A DNA stretch of 42,814 nucleotides from Sphaeroforma arctica JP610 (GCF_001186125.1 NW_014039770.1:1-42814), one strand, 5' to 3'; positions 13,901 to 26,330 are shown, numbered from the stretch's first letter. Numbers and translations are program-made. Notes: generated by a model not told the origin, from the sequence alone.

Positions 13901-14007
13901 TGCATGACCTGATTGTCGAACATGGAGGCCACTCCTTCGAAGGAGCGGAGAAGTATATCCGGGATCTTCAAAGTAGAGGCAGATATGCGCAGGATGTATG
14001 GTCATAA
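7922..14007 (+). CDS. POR: NADPH-cytochrome P450 reductase; exons 7922-7963, 10302-11663, 11873-11990, 12602-12754, 13295-13529, 13863-14007 (684 aa)
   Basis: N-terminal TM anchor; FMN motifs [24 protein letters not shown] and [14 protein letters not shown] motif [13 protein letters not shown] and GVCTSYL; NADPH motifs [25 protein letters not shown]...KVYVSH and [14 protein letters not shown]-terminal RYAQDVWS. All junctions GT-AG, 2055 nt in frame. The first exon ([14 protein letters not shown]|gtaggt) is inferred from phase and position and is less certain. Confidence 0.93.
8085..9070. repeat. (TA)n-rich array with assembly gap in POR intron 1
   Basis: tatata runs on both sides of the N gap at 8172-8953. 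Confidence 0.85.
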
Positions 14008-15113
14008 GCACGTCGAGTATTGCTTCTATTGTATAGAAGCCTGTGCAGTGCTTCAGCCTCAATAAGGTTTACCGCGATTACAGGAATAGAAGGCTACTAT
14101 AATATTAAATAACAGCGTATTACGTATGCGTATCAGGCTCGCTGACAGAGCTCATTAGCGCCTGATCGATTAATAGGACTTACAATCGCCTACTGCGCTG
14201 TTCTGCTGTACTATAGTTACTCGACTCGTTGTGTAGATGCATGTGCCCGCTTCGTCGTGTGTATTGACAGTCAACCCAAGATCATGCAAACATCTATAGG
14301 GTGTTGCGAATTGTATATAAAGCTAAATATCGTAGTATAATAACGTATTTTTCGAGAGCTTTACGTTGAAGACCAATCATCCGCCGACAATTCACCGTAT
14401 GATCTGTAAGCTGATGCCTGTGTATTTTCTATCGTTTTTCTGCACCACGGGTACGATTTTAAATTCAGATTTCCTTCGCCTTTCATGTAAAAAGAGGATG
14501 TCGTTTCTACATATAGAAGAAAATGACGAGGAATTGGTTTTTATAATAGCTTTCCTCCCGAGAAGTGAATTGCGGTTTCTGTATCTATTGTTTGATTTTA
14601 AGGCTATATTAATTACCAAACTCCTAAGTGCGATATTTCAGAGGACGAAGTAGAGCGCCAATTCGTGGTCTGTTACGACTACAAACTAGAGGAATTCCCA
14701 ACTGGAGTTGTAACCTACCCACTTGAATCTTCAAGATATACATCGGCGGGACTCCATTCACCGAGTCTCATGACTCATATCTAGAGTAGATTGTGGTAAA
14801 TCTCGAAATCTATTCGCCCTATTCTATTTTTTTTCAAATTGTTGTATGTTCCATGAATCCATGGTATGTAACCGAACCGTAACATACAATCCAGTATTAC
14901 TGAATACATCGTATTCCACATTCCAATTTCCACCCTCTCTGGCAATAAGAATTTAAAAAATGTGTGTTCAATTTAGAAGACAGGTAATGAAATCAGAAAT
15001 GTAATCAAAAATATATATACGGAATCACGGATGAGATGAGATGAGATTGTGATTGCATCGCCCAATAAGAACCACCAATTTTACTGATGACTCATACCGA
15101 CTTCGAAGTTTGA

Positions 15114-15180
15114 TACATACTGTACAGTGTACAAACTACATACTGTACAATGTACAAACTACAGTCTACAATATGTACTA
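15114..15180. repeat. Short ~23 bp tandem repeat just upstream of the nitronate monooxygenase start
   Basis: tacatactgtaca(g/a)tgtacaaac twice, plus a decayed third unit. Confidence 0.65.
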
Positions 15181-15234
15181 CACGCATTTATATGATGGCA
15201 AACAGTAAACACAGTTACATATCAGTAATAAATT

Positions 15235-16243
15235 ATGCGTATCGAGGTGCAACGTGTGCTACAACGTTTTCGCCGGTTGCCAGTGGTGCTAGCCCCTATG
15301 GCGGGAGTGTCTACACCTCGACTGGTCGCCGCTATTTGCAATGAAGGCGCGACCGGCATACATGCAGGGGGTTTCCGTAGTGTAATGCAACTAGCACAGG
15401 ATATCGACGAGATCAGGAGCCTACTTGGTGAAGGTAGGTATAATATACAGCTGGATGACTTTTGCGTATATGTTATGGACGATTGTGAAGGATAGAATGT
15501 AGAATGCATCAGGTACTTTAATACATAACAGTGTCATATGAGTAGTAGATGATATAAAGATGCAGAACTATACTGATCAGTATGTACCCAGATGTATATA
15601 TATATATTTATATATATATATATGTNNNNNNNNNNNNNNNNNNNNNNNNNNNNNNNNNNNNNNNNNNNNNNNNNNNNNNNNNNNNNNNNNNNNNNNNNNN
15701 NNNNNNNNNNNNNNNNNNNNNNNNNNNNNNNNNNNNNNNNNNNNNNNNNNNNNNNNNNNNNNNNNNNNNNNNNNNNNNNNNNNNNNNNNNNNNNNNNNNN
15801 NNNNNNNNNNNNNNNNNNNNNNNNNNNNNNNNNNNNNNNNNNNNNNNNNNNNNNNNNNNNNNNNNNNNNNNNNNNNNNNNNNNNNNNNNNNNNNNNNNNN
15901 NNNNNNNNNNNNNNNNNNNNNNNNNNNNNNNNNNNNNNNNNNNNNNNNNNNNNNNNNNNNNNNNNNNNNNNNNNNNNNNNNNNNNNNNNNNNNNNNNNNN
16001 NNNNNNNNNNNNNNNNNNNNNNNNNNNNNNNNNNNNNNNNNNNNNNNNNNNNNNNNNNNNNNNNNNNNNNNNNNNNNNNNNNNNNNNNNNNNNNNNNNNN
16101 NNNNNNNNNNNNNNNNNNNNNNNNNNNNNNNNNNNNNNNNNNNNNNNNNNNNNNNNNNNNNNNNNNNNNNNNNNNNNNNNNNNNNNNNNNNNNNNNNNNN
16201 NNNNNNNNNNNNNNNNNNNNNNNNNNNNNNNNNNNNNNNTAAG

Positions 16244-16278
<35 letters not shown>

Positions 16279-17856
16279 TATACCTATCTATATATACACA
16301 TATATACCTATGAATATATGTATTTATGTGTGTGCATTAATATATATATTTATTTATATATATTGTGTTCTGTTATTTTGGGGAGGGTGAAGAGTCACTA
16401 ATATTTTAAGTTATGTGATGTTTTTTTGCGTATGATTTGTACCCGTATACTCTCAGGTGGTGGACTTTTGCACGTCATATTCTTGTATGTTACCATTGAA
16501 TAGGTAAGATATACATAACCTTCATTTATAGCTTTGGAAAACGGCCATACAAATCTTACGATCCAGAACACCAGCATGCCTTCGGTGTCAATTTAATGGT
16601 ACCTCCGGAAGGTGAAAACGGAGGTGTAGACGATGCGTATTCGAAATTAGAATTAGCACAACAAATAGAACGTGCCCGTGTCAGCGTGCTACCCTTCTAT
16701 CAGAGAGCGCAAGGTGCCTCTGTGGTGGTACCAACCCCCAAGGTCACACCATCGTGTTATAAAGAGCAGGTTGATTTGTGTCTTGATAAGGGGGTTCCTG
16801 TGGTCACTTTCGTTTTTGGGCGTGTCAAGCCTTCAGAAATCAAACGTTTGCAAGATGGCGGTTGTGTTGTCATGGGAACGGCCACCAGTGTGGAGGAGGC
16901 GATTTTATTACGTCAGGATGGTGTGGACGCGATCTTTGCGCAGGTAATGTCAAATCATTCGCGCGGAAAAGATATACTTTGCCTCCATCGCAATTGCACG
17001 ACTAATTAAGATGACTGCGAAAGTTATCCATCTTCAAGAGAAGTGCTGTGATAGCTCTAGGTTTACCGAGTATTTCTTAATGCCACATCTATCAAATGTG
17101 CGACAGGGTGCAGAGGCTGGAGGTCATAGAGGCTCGTTCTTACGCGGCATTCATCTTGTCGGTACTATGAGTCTAGTTCCACAAATTGTGGATGCCGTTT
17201 ACCCGCTTCCTGTCATAGCAGCTGGTGGCATCGCAGATGGTCGCGGAGTAACAGCAGCAAGAGCACTAGGTATGGCATTCTAGATACGGGCGCTATCTCG
17301 TGATTAGCTTTGTTTTTGAAGATATATGTCTGTGGTGTACAGTTTTAAACTCAACCCTGTGGGGCCTGCAATCGCGTGATTTCTTGTTCATAGCTATAAA
17401 TGCTTTATTCCAATTGCAGGTGCGAGCGCCTCTGCGATTGGTACCGCGTTTCTAACCAGCAACGAGAGTGAAGCACAGCCACTACATAAACGAGAAATAC
17501 TACGAAAAGATCGATCTGAAACGGATACAATTGTCACTGACGTATTTACAGGAAAGGCCGCTAGAGGCTTTTGCAATGACTTTGTGAGTCAATATCGACC
17601 CCACAACAGTAATCAGCAGTTCGACCGAATCACTCAGGGAGATATGCCGGTCGATATAACGCGCATACGCGGAGAACAGAGCAATGTGGCCCCTTACCCA
17701 ATTCAGCAGGCACTGACTAATCCGCTCAAGCAGTTTTGTATTGCACACAATGATCCCACGTTGATAAGCATGTGGTGTGGCCAAAGTTTTCGTTTAGCCA
17801 CAGACAACAAAGTATCCCGTATCATCGAGGAGATTAAAGATAAATTGCGCCTGTAA
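15235..17856 (+). CDS. Nitronate monooxygenase (2-nitropropane dioxygenase family, FMN TIM-barrel); exons 15235-15433, 16567-16943, 17107-17269, 17420-17856 (391 aa)
   Basis: [56 protein letters not shown] (catalytic His), [52 protein letters not shown] and SMWCGQ. 1176 nt in frame. The exon 1/2 junction has an alternative (15437/16532) and the intron contains a gap. Confidence 0.88.
15590..16362. repeat. (TA)n-rich array with assembly gap in nitronate monooxygenase intron 1
   Basis: tatata runs flank the N gap at 15626-16239. Confidence 0.85.
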
Positions 17857-18799
17857 TACGGCCTGCTAACCAAAACGATATATTTATATGTATAGTTGCT
17901 GGATTCGAGTTTCTCGGTCCGCCCAAGCCAAACAACCTCACACACTTAACTGCGAAGGGCATGTGACCACGAAGAAGATCTTTATTATTAATAAACCTTG
18001 CCGTACGTACCATAAAAGTTACCAAAGCCTGGACTGCTTTAGCAGTAGCCTAGAAATTTTCATTCATGTTTACGCATAACTAGTTCATTGATGTCCGGAC
18101 AAAACACTAGACATATCGTCCGTCGGGCTCCGTGGCCCGTATGGTCCTAAGCACACCTTTCCCATCTTCACGCCACTCTAGTGGAGAAATGCTGTCATAA
18201 ATCTATCAATCTATAGTAAAGTTGTAGATGAATGAATGTTACAAAGTATGTAGGAATGACCTATATCTGTACGCTGCTGATTGGTTCAACGACTGTCGAC
18301 AATCTGTGGTTTATTATATAAAATATCTGGGAATGCGACCAGTCGGCCACACGTTGACCGTTGTGCGGTACTTTATATATGGTGATACTTATGATATGTT
18401 TTGAAATGTGATACATTCAAATTTCAAGCAATCAAGGGGCGGAGTATACCTTGTAATATATTTAAAATACTTGGGACGCGTGAATTGACTTTATTAGAGT
18501 ATGGTTTTAGTTTAAAGGACAGGCCGGTAGGGCCGCCACAGGCCCGGGACGGCGGGGGCCCAGGCGCAGAGCATGACTGTGCACATGAGTATTCATGTTG
18601 TTTTAATTGTGTAATATTAGACTTTACCAACTCTAAGGCTACCAACAATACTGTTAGTGACCTGAGTAAGATACGTGACTTCTGTACCCAACTGTTTAAA
18701 CTGTAGTATATACCTATATAAATGCCCTTTGATTCTGTGTGTTGTCTTCTACTCACGAGTAAAGTTGTCTTGAAACTTCTTCAGATACCTTCAAGATGT

Positions 18800-21780
18800 G
18801 CGTGAGGAGAACAGATGAAAGAGAGTGAGGCGGGTTGGACGTGAGGAGAATAAATGGTTCGAAGGTCCTTCTGTTCTCTCGCTTTATACCATGTAGAAAA
18901 ACAAGAGAAGAGTCTTGAGAAGGAGTGACCAAGAGTCTTGATTTTCACAACCAGTGATAGTATCATCAGTGTTGGTAGTACGATCAGTGGTAATCTTACT
19001 CTATTGACGTCGTTCCAAAACAAGATGATTAAACATAAATAGCAGATTTCAATCTGCAGCCATTTATGTGTTGTTCTTCCAAACACCGCAGAGTCTTAGG
19101 GTGCGACGTTCTCGTTTAAGGAGCTTTCCGCTTGTGTGGGTATAATAGTCCGCACATGACTTTGTTCAGTATACGGTATTGAACACATACTGTGATGTGT
19201 CGACCGATAGGGCGCTGGCTACAAACCCTCGTCGAAAGGAATGTGTTGCTAGAGGTGTGACCAGTTGGAATGGGATACCAGCGGAGGATCTTTAGGTCGG
19301 TCTAAAAGCGGGCGTTCTGGGTTGGTGTGCCACAAATGTCGTCGCGATCATCATCCGTCGGCTGTACTGAATTTATGTCAACATTAAATACTCGCAAACG
19401 ATGGATTGTAATGCTGGCAATAGGTGCTGTGACAGAGTGTTGGAAATTTCTGCTTTGCTGGTCGTCCGTGTGCAGCGAAATCATTGCTCGATCGGTTGTG
19501 TCGCTTGCGACTTACAAAATAGTTTGTACCATTTCATCTACTGGACTGAATATGATGTGGATTGGACTGAATTTGTTATTCGAAGAGATCCGGGGTCCTA
19601 CCAAAAAGAAGTACGCTTGGTACTCCAGAAGACTGCATATACCCAACCAGAGTATTCTAGTCAGAGCACTTTGTCTGGCTGAACGCGTCCCTCTAAGGTA
19701 TAGATAGACTTGTATGCCGTTTTAAGTCCATTCCACATGTCAATTGAGAGGTTACCATATGAAGTCTTGGTGTCACCTGCAAGTGCTTTGCTTTGTTTAA
19801 TCATCACTGAGCTTACAATGTGAGTTCGTTGTAGCTTCATGTGTCATTTGAGCATATGGTAAACCAGGTATTTGATGGTGCCTTCACGTGTGACCGTTTG
19901 CAGCGATCGATCTCCACATACTATTGTCGTGCGGTACTAGCTGTAATGCGGTTCAAATTAAGCCGATACTGAAATGAGAATATATCGATCCCCGCTAAGT
20001 ATGCGGGTCGATGAGAATGACCACGTCTGCGGGATAGTGAACCTCGCCAGACTCTAGCATATGCATGTCGAGTGCAAACTATACTAGCAGTGGCCATTAA
20101 TGCACTTTAGGCCACAGTGATGCAAATATCACTGTAGATGTGTGTTGTACCTTCAACCGAAGGAGGATTTTGACATCATAGACTTGGAGGCATCAATATG
20201 CACACTTTTTTGTTCGTGTAGCCGACGTGCCTCCAGTGGGCCCAGTGTCCAGCTTTATTTGTATTTCAATAGCTTCTCTTTGAGGGACAACCGATCCGCG
20301 GCGCATTTGAGGGTCCCCAGTATATCAGATCTGTCGGCCACAAGGCTTAAAGTCGGTATACCGTCGATGTCAGGGTAAGGAGTTTAATTCAGTAAATAGT
20401 TGGAGGACTGTCTGCGGAGTAGAGCCGCGAGCGCTGTTGTCGAATCCGCTAGTATTAGAACTGGTATGTGTGGTTTTAGCAGGGGTTTGCTCCAGTGGTG
20501 CTGGAGACATCGTTTATCGTACGATGGTACGTACTGATTGACTAACTGGATTCTTGTAGGGATCATGTCCGAATAGTGAGGATCCCAACACTGTGTGCAC
20601 TTTGGGTATTGAAGAAATATATCTCGAGGTCGACGGTTCTAGAGGGCGTATGTCAGTTTCTCAAGTTTGCGAAATGCTGCTCCTGACAAACAAATTCTGG
20701 ATCCTAACTGCGCTGTCGTGGGTTGTAGAGGTGTTGAAGGTTTGCCTTGTCATCTGAGACCAGCCAGGTAGGGTTGTGCTGAAGGGACTACAAACGTTGG
20801 TCACTGTATTAATCCGAAGTAGCGGTACCAAGCTTCCAGGCTGACATACCGCTGCTTGGGCAATAGGCGTTGTTAGATGTTAGAAGATTCGAGTGTCAGT
20901 TTGTTCAATGGCTTGTGTTAGTCGGTACTGGCCGGCCGTCATACCGATATCGACTCCTAGGTGGTCCAGCTTCCGCAACGGTGCCTTCCAGTGGCCTTTT
21001 TCAAGTGTCAAGCGGAGGTTTAGCTACAATACTATTTGGTCGATCCGATTCCGATGTTGAGTGATTCGTGTGATACAAACCATAAGCAACAGGTCGTCCG
21101 TGTCGTCCGTGTATACACTCTTTCCTGACTAGTTTTCTGAATACATCTGGGAATTTGGAAAAACAATGGGGACTGAAAGTGGCTCCCGTAGGGAGCATTA
21201 TATACTCGTATAGTTGTCTCTTCACTCTCTTGGGTCCTCTCATTTGCCACATTTGGGTTCGGGTACTTTTAAGGGCGAAGAAAGCCGTCGCGAAAGTCTG
21301 ATGTCGGAAGGGTGGGCTGTGGTCGCGAGTAACTCTAAACCCTCCATTTTGAACTTTGGCGCCTGAGTATAATTCTGGCTCTGTTGTTCGATTTTGCTAA
21401 ATCGAATAAGTCGTGTATGCAACGGTCTTCGCCCTCGTCTACTTGTCGTATTCAACCGGCTGTTTCTTGTCGGTCGAATGGATACCGACGGTGACCCCAC
21501 GGGATCCCTACTCCACTATGGATCCATTCTATCATCTATTTCGAGGCTCTGGCTTTTCGCCAGGCTACTAGCTTGGAGCTGGCCGAATCGAAGCGCGATG
21601 GAAGGTACACTCTAGTCGATTGCAAATCTACGAAAAGGAGGCAGTTTGTGGAGGTTTCTGAAAACCTCCAACATACGTCCCTGACTTCGTTTTCTTGGTT
21701 GACGCCTTCCTTTGTACACTGTCGTATTGTCGTTAGTGATGTAAGCGTCGGTTTGCCGACACATAAAATTTTCAAAGCGT
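18800..21780 (-). mobile_element. Heavily decayed non-LTR retrotransposon (LINE-like); RT core ~19850-20580; outer limits uncertain
   Basis: Eroded RT motifs in correct order on the minus strand: SDMIPTRI (~20550, like GPDGIP), YRL*AL (~20350, like YRPISL), VHIDASK-YDV (20171-20203, like DxxKAFDSV), GLKC..PLL..ALD (~20070-20115, like GxxQGxxLSPLLF), YPADVVIL (~20015-20040, like YADD), EGTIKYLV (~19862-19885, like KYLG). Many stops and frameshifts. Confidence 0.6.
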
Positions 21781-22085
21781 AAACGTGTCTATTGTCTAAG
21801 CATATTTTTTAAAGCAATTGCGATAGTAGTCGATTGATAAGAATCAGCAATACTCTGGGGGATTAGAAATATTGCTTTAAAACAATCATCTCAATACTGA
21901 ATTCGCCGAGAGGGTTTTATATATGTTTTCGTCGTCGTGCTTGGCAAAAAAATGTATTATTGTTTTTAAAACTAAACAAGATAGTATCTTTAGCAAAAAG
22001 GGTATATATTCTCTAAGCATTACATTACCCAATGACTAGCCACGCATTAGGAATTACTAGCGCGCTATCATCAGACTGGTAGTCT

Positions 22086-22138
22086 GGGTTTTTAGGGTTT
22101 TTAGGGTTTTAGGTTTTAGGGTTTAGGGTTTAGGGTTT
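22086..22138 (+). repeat. Interstitial telomere-like repeat (T3-5AGGG)n
   Basis: gggtttttagggtttttagggttttaggttttagggtttagggtttagggttt. Confidence 0.8.
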
Positions 22139-22199
22139 AAAGCTCGAGAGATAAACTTTGTATCACTAATAGTCCCTAAAATCCTATTTTCAGTTGAGC

Positions 22200-24345
22200 C
22201 ATGTCGCTACTGAAGTATTCAGATACAAGTCGTTAGAGAATTAGTTGGCCTTTCAATGAATGGGCTTACTCCAAATAGCTAATTTATAAAATGAAATAGG
22301 TATCTATAAAAACATTAAACCCCATTTGGAATAGTTTGCGTACATCTTGAAGTTCCAAAGGCCGTCTGCTTGTTGCTTGTTTAAGTTCATATAATCCACG
22401 CTTGAGACGAAGCACACTTCCTGGGGGATAGTGACCGAGGTTAATAGCACCCTTGGGGATATGTGTATACTGGCGTGTCAAGTTTACTATATATGAAGGT
22501 TGTATCAAGAAGTGATGGATAACCTTGTCGGAAGCGGCAGCGACAGCAATGAAGAGGCGGAAGAGTAGCGGCAGAAGTAGCAGGAGAGTAGGTGCCAAAG
22601 TATAAGTGCTCATTTTCTTGTTCATCACCTCGTGCGACCATGCGAGCTTTGTATATAGTGGGGTGTCCATCAGAGTGTATGATTTTGGCACTTGTAGTGA
22701 CTTGGTGAGCTTGAATAACGCCCGCGAGATTGTTGCGAGCATAGGCATCAAATCAAAGGGACAAATTAGGGAGGTTCACGACTGTTAGGACTGGATTTAA
22801 GAACACTATCATCGAGCATGGATGCCATTTCAAATAAAGTAACTTCGGAGGAAGAGGTCGGAAGAACAAAAAAAGCAGTAGATGCAAGAACTTTTTCAGC
22901 GTGGGTGGGCGGGCCATCGTCAGTAGAAGAAGGAGAGGGAATAAAAACCAGGAGGTAGAGCGTATGTGATATGCGCCTGGGCGCTAGGGGCGTGGGGAAG
23001 CTCGGACTTGACATCAATGTAGTTAGGCCATTCTATATTACGCGGTTGGTAGCCAGTTGTCAGCAGAGGAAAAATCACCGTGGGTGGAGGAAATAGTGGA
23101 TACAAGGACCAAAGCTGGGATATAGGAATAGGAGTAGAAGTCGGCGTGCTCGAAGGTATATGAGGTTACGTAGAGCGAAGCATCAATGATGGATGATGAT
23201 AAGTCCAAAATTCGTAATCATATGCAATGACACGTTGACAGGTGCGATATTCAGCAATAGCCTGCTTGCGAGCATGTAATTGAGCATGGACGTCCGAGGA
23301 AGACGACCACCAAGCAGGAGCAGCGGGTGAATGTACAATCGAGGTTATGTTCAATATGAACGATAATCAAAAGCTGAAGAGTGAGAACGAGAGGTGCACG
23401 AGCCGTTGTTATTGCAAGTATAAATAAGGGAAGAGAAATGATGATCAAGGGCATCGTGATACTGAACGGCTTGGGCTGCATTGCCATCAGTTGAAGCTGG
23501 GAAGGGATGAAATGCGGACCTACCAGACGCTGGAGACGGGGGATCAGTGACCTGAGAAGAAGGCAGAGATGCAAAGGGATCTCTTGTAGCTGAGAAGCTA
23601 GCTTGAAGGCGGTGAGGTTGTGGGCTGTTGTGATCAATAGTAACAGGGATGTGTGTATTATGGGGGTGGGTAGCACGACTTTTGGAGTGGTGGCAGGGGA
23701 TGTTGTGGTGGTGGCAGGGGATGTTGTGGTGGTGGCTGTGGTCGTGAGTATGGATGGTGAAGTGACTAGAAGAGGCGTAGTGCTGAGATATAGGGACTGG
23801 CGGCAAGGTGGAGCCAGGGATGGTAGCCGGGCTGTGCCAGAGAGTGAGAATAGTGTTCGAGGTGGAATGGTTAGAACGGGTAGCTCGCTTGGCATGAGCT
23901 GACCACTGTGCTCATCACGTAGAATCAGAAACGCGGCAATAAAGCATATGTCGAGTAGCAAAATTTTGGAAGCGGTATATATCGACTGTGCAATTGAATG
24001 TTATACTAAGGAAGACTCCCAAGGCCAACATGTACTATAATTGTGTCTTTTTGAGTGAATCATCGGATAGACAAAAATGCACCTTTATTTATAGCCAAGT
24101 GTGCTGTAAGGTCCTTTGCGAAATTCTTTTGATGAAATAATTCGCAGAACTCCAACGAAGCAAAAGCATACCAGCGCTCAGGAGAGCCGTGTTACGTGTA
24201 AAGACGTTGAGGGTGCCTTGTGCGCGTTCGACGCGGTTGTTAGGCTGAAGCGTGCTGGAAGGATATCTGTAAGGAGCTTATTTCTTTATTTCTTTAATTT
24301 AAAATACACAGTCGCCGTCAGCAATAGTGGCATGTGACTTCCTGC
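22200..24345 (-). mobile_element. Decayed Ty1/copia pol fragments (integrase C-terminal half, SH3-like segment, Pro/Thr linker, reverse transcriptase)
   Basis: Minus strand: PSSTLQPNNRVERAQGTL...ALLSAGM..RW (~24150-24265, integrase E region), GVFLS...YRF (~23970-24020), IDVKSELPHAP...YALPPGF (~22950-23020), IYKARMVARGDEQ...TYSP (~22585-22660), LDTTFIYSKLDTPVY, SVLRLKRGLYELKQA (~22375-22420). IN-before-RT order is the copia arrangement. Confidence 0.8.
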
Positions 24346-24749
24346 TCNNNNNNNNNNNNNNNNNNNNATCATGGAATATGTACAATGAGGGCCTTGATGT
24401 GCTTGCGCATGTTCTGTTTGTTCTTGAGGTGTGAGTGAATGGCATATTTAGTGCCATCACAAAAGAGATTCAGAGTGTATTTGCTACCATCACGTCTTTC
24501 AGGCATGTAACCTTGAAGGTTTATATGAATTGTTTGCCAGGGTTATGCGATGTATCTGTGGTTGCGTGTTGGACATGTTTGTTTTATCACAGCACTTAGA
24601 AATCATTTGCAGTACGCGGGCATCGAGAGCCAATATCGAGGCAAGAAATAGCATAATTCTGTGATACAAAGGGATCACAAAACTCATATGTACGACAAGT
24701 AAGAAGGAAATAAAGACTACTTGGAATCATAGATTTGTGTGTTTTAACA

Positions 24750-26330
24750 GGTTATAGGCCTATGCTAGTACACACGGTAGATAGCTTTCTATAATTAACA
24801 CACGGTGACAATTGCATTGACCAGTATCCTAGAGGTAAACACACGAATACGAACACGACTACGCTATACAAAGCAATATCAGCTTTATGCAACACATACT
24901 TGAAGAATTCCAAATCAATCAACTGAACACCAATGAATAATCCACACTATCAAAAAGAATCTGCACCCACACCCATGGCAAATACACAACCAGATTAAGC
25001 TATAGTACAACCTACCCCTAGTATCACAATCATCGTGTACGTCGACAATCTAGTTGCAATCGGCGAACACAACACTACATCACATTGGTGAGCAATCTGA
25101 TTGAACTCCTGTTATTTGCCTGAAGGCTTCAACTCAGGCAACGAAGTAATCGCTGTCGCAGTACGCATCTGGTCTGTATGTACAGTTTACAGAACAATAG
25201 AAGGATGTAACACTCATCTCAAAAATATCATCCAACGTGTCAACGAATGTGGCATCAAGAAAGGATCACTAACCACACAAGCCGTACGCGGTATAGCACA
25301 ACTTGACACCATATACACACAATACAACGATACACGACATAAGTAAGATACATCGATAGAACAGTTCGATCCTCTTGGAGAGGAGCTGATCTACTTAGGC
25401 CACGAACATACCAAAATTACGCAAAACTCATAGGTCGATACCATGACAAGAATGAAGAACATGAATTACTCCCACGAAAGATGAATGAGCTCGAGGATAA
25501 ACTAGTTCAGACACAATCTAAACTGTATCTCAAGGAAGAGAACAAACCGTTTAAGCAGGCTTTAGAATCAGAAATAAACAACTTGACAGCCGATCTGTCT
25601 CAGGCACATATGGAGATCAAACAACTGCGTGTCTCTGCTGTAACCCATACAAGCAGCAGACAGCAATTGCCGACGTAAACTGATTAATTCTCTCGACAAC
25701 TCTCAACACAGTTTACAAACCTCATCTATCTAAACCACCACACAAGCTATTTGCACACATTTGCAGACCCAACAACACTGGTAGCAATAGAGGGTTCTGG
25801 TCAACACTACACGAACCCACTAGTTTCAAATCTAGCAGATCAACCGAACAATCCATGCAGAAGCTAGAAGAGATACGACAGCGCTCGATAGATATAGGGA
25901 AGCAAGTCCCTGAAAAGTACCTTACATATGCACTACTATACAGTTTCTCAGACGAGTATAATGCTCTGTAGCGATATGTTCAAACTTGATACCAGCAAGT
26001 TAACAATCGATGAAGCATATACTATGGCACTGAAGTTCGAAGGTGACACTTAGATATAGAAGAGAAGCCTAACGGTGAGCCCAACCGCATCCTTGCATTC
26101 CAGTAGAGCAATGACGACAAAGCCAAGAAACCCAAGCCTACCCCTAGACCATGCCCACTTTGCAAAGAAGTAGGACACAACATTTACACCTGTCCAACCT
26201 CAATATGTCAACGCGGTTGCGCATCAGACCACATGGGTAGCAAATGCACAGAGGATTGGAATTAGCTGATTTGTACGAAGTGCACTAGGGCAAACCACAG
26301 GGGCCAAGCGTGTATGAAGTGAAGGAACGA
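24750..26330 (+). mobile_element. Decayed copia-like 5' portion: PBS-like motif, coiled-coil gag N-terminus, gag core and three CCHC-type zinc knuckles
   Basis: ...ttaaca|ggttataggcct at 24750 (LTR end followed by a GGTTATGGGCC-type PBS). Gag remnant IGKQVPEKYLTYALLYSFSDEY (~25890-25960). Knuckles CPLCKEVGHNIYTC, C..GCASDHMGSKC and CTKCTRANHRGQAC (26152-26313). Paralogous to the gag at 27287-28100. Confidence 0.65.

Noticed and set aside
14366..14653. ORFs on both strands between POR and the monooxygenase
   Set aside because: No recognisable motif or convincing splice structure.
16457..16503. Possible extra NMO exon (tctcag|...tag|gtaaga)
   Set aside because: Contains an in-frame TAG in the phase required by exon 1, and the protein aligns without it.
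18433..18570. GC-rich patch resembling a MITE end
   Set aside because: No matching inverted terminus or TSD found.
25024..25063. ITIIVYVDNLVAIG, resembling the copia RT YVDD motif
   Set aside because: Isolated, upstream of gag with no other RT motifs, and similar to HLIAIG at the start of the second gag copy; cannot be assigned to RT.
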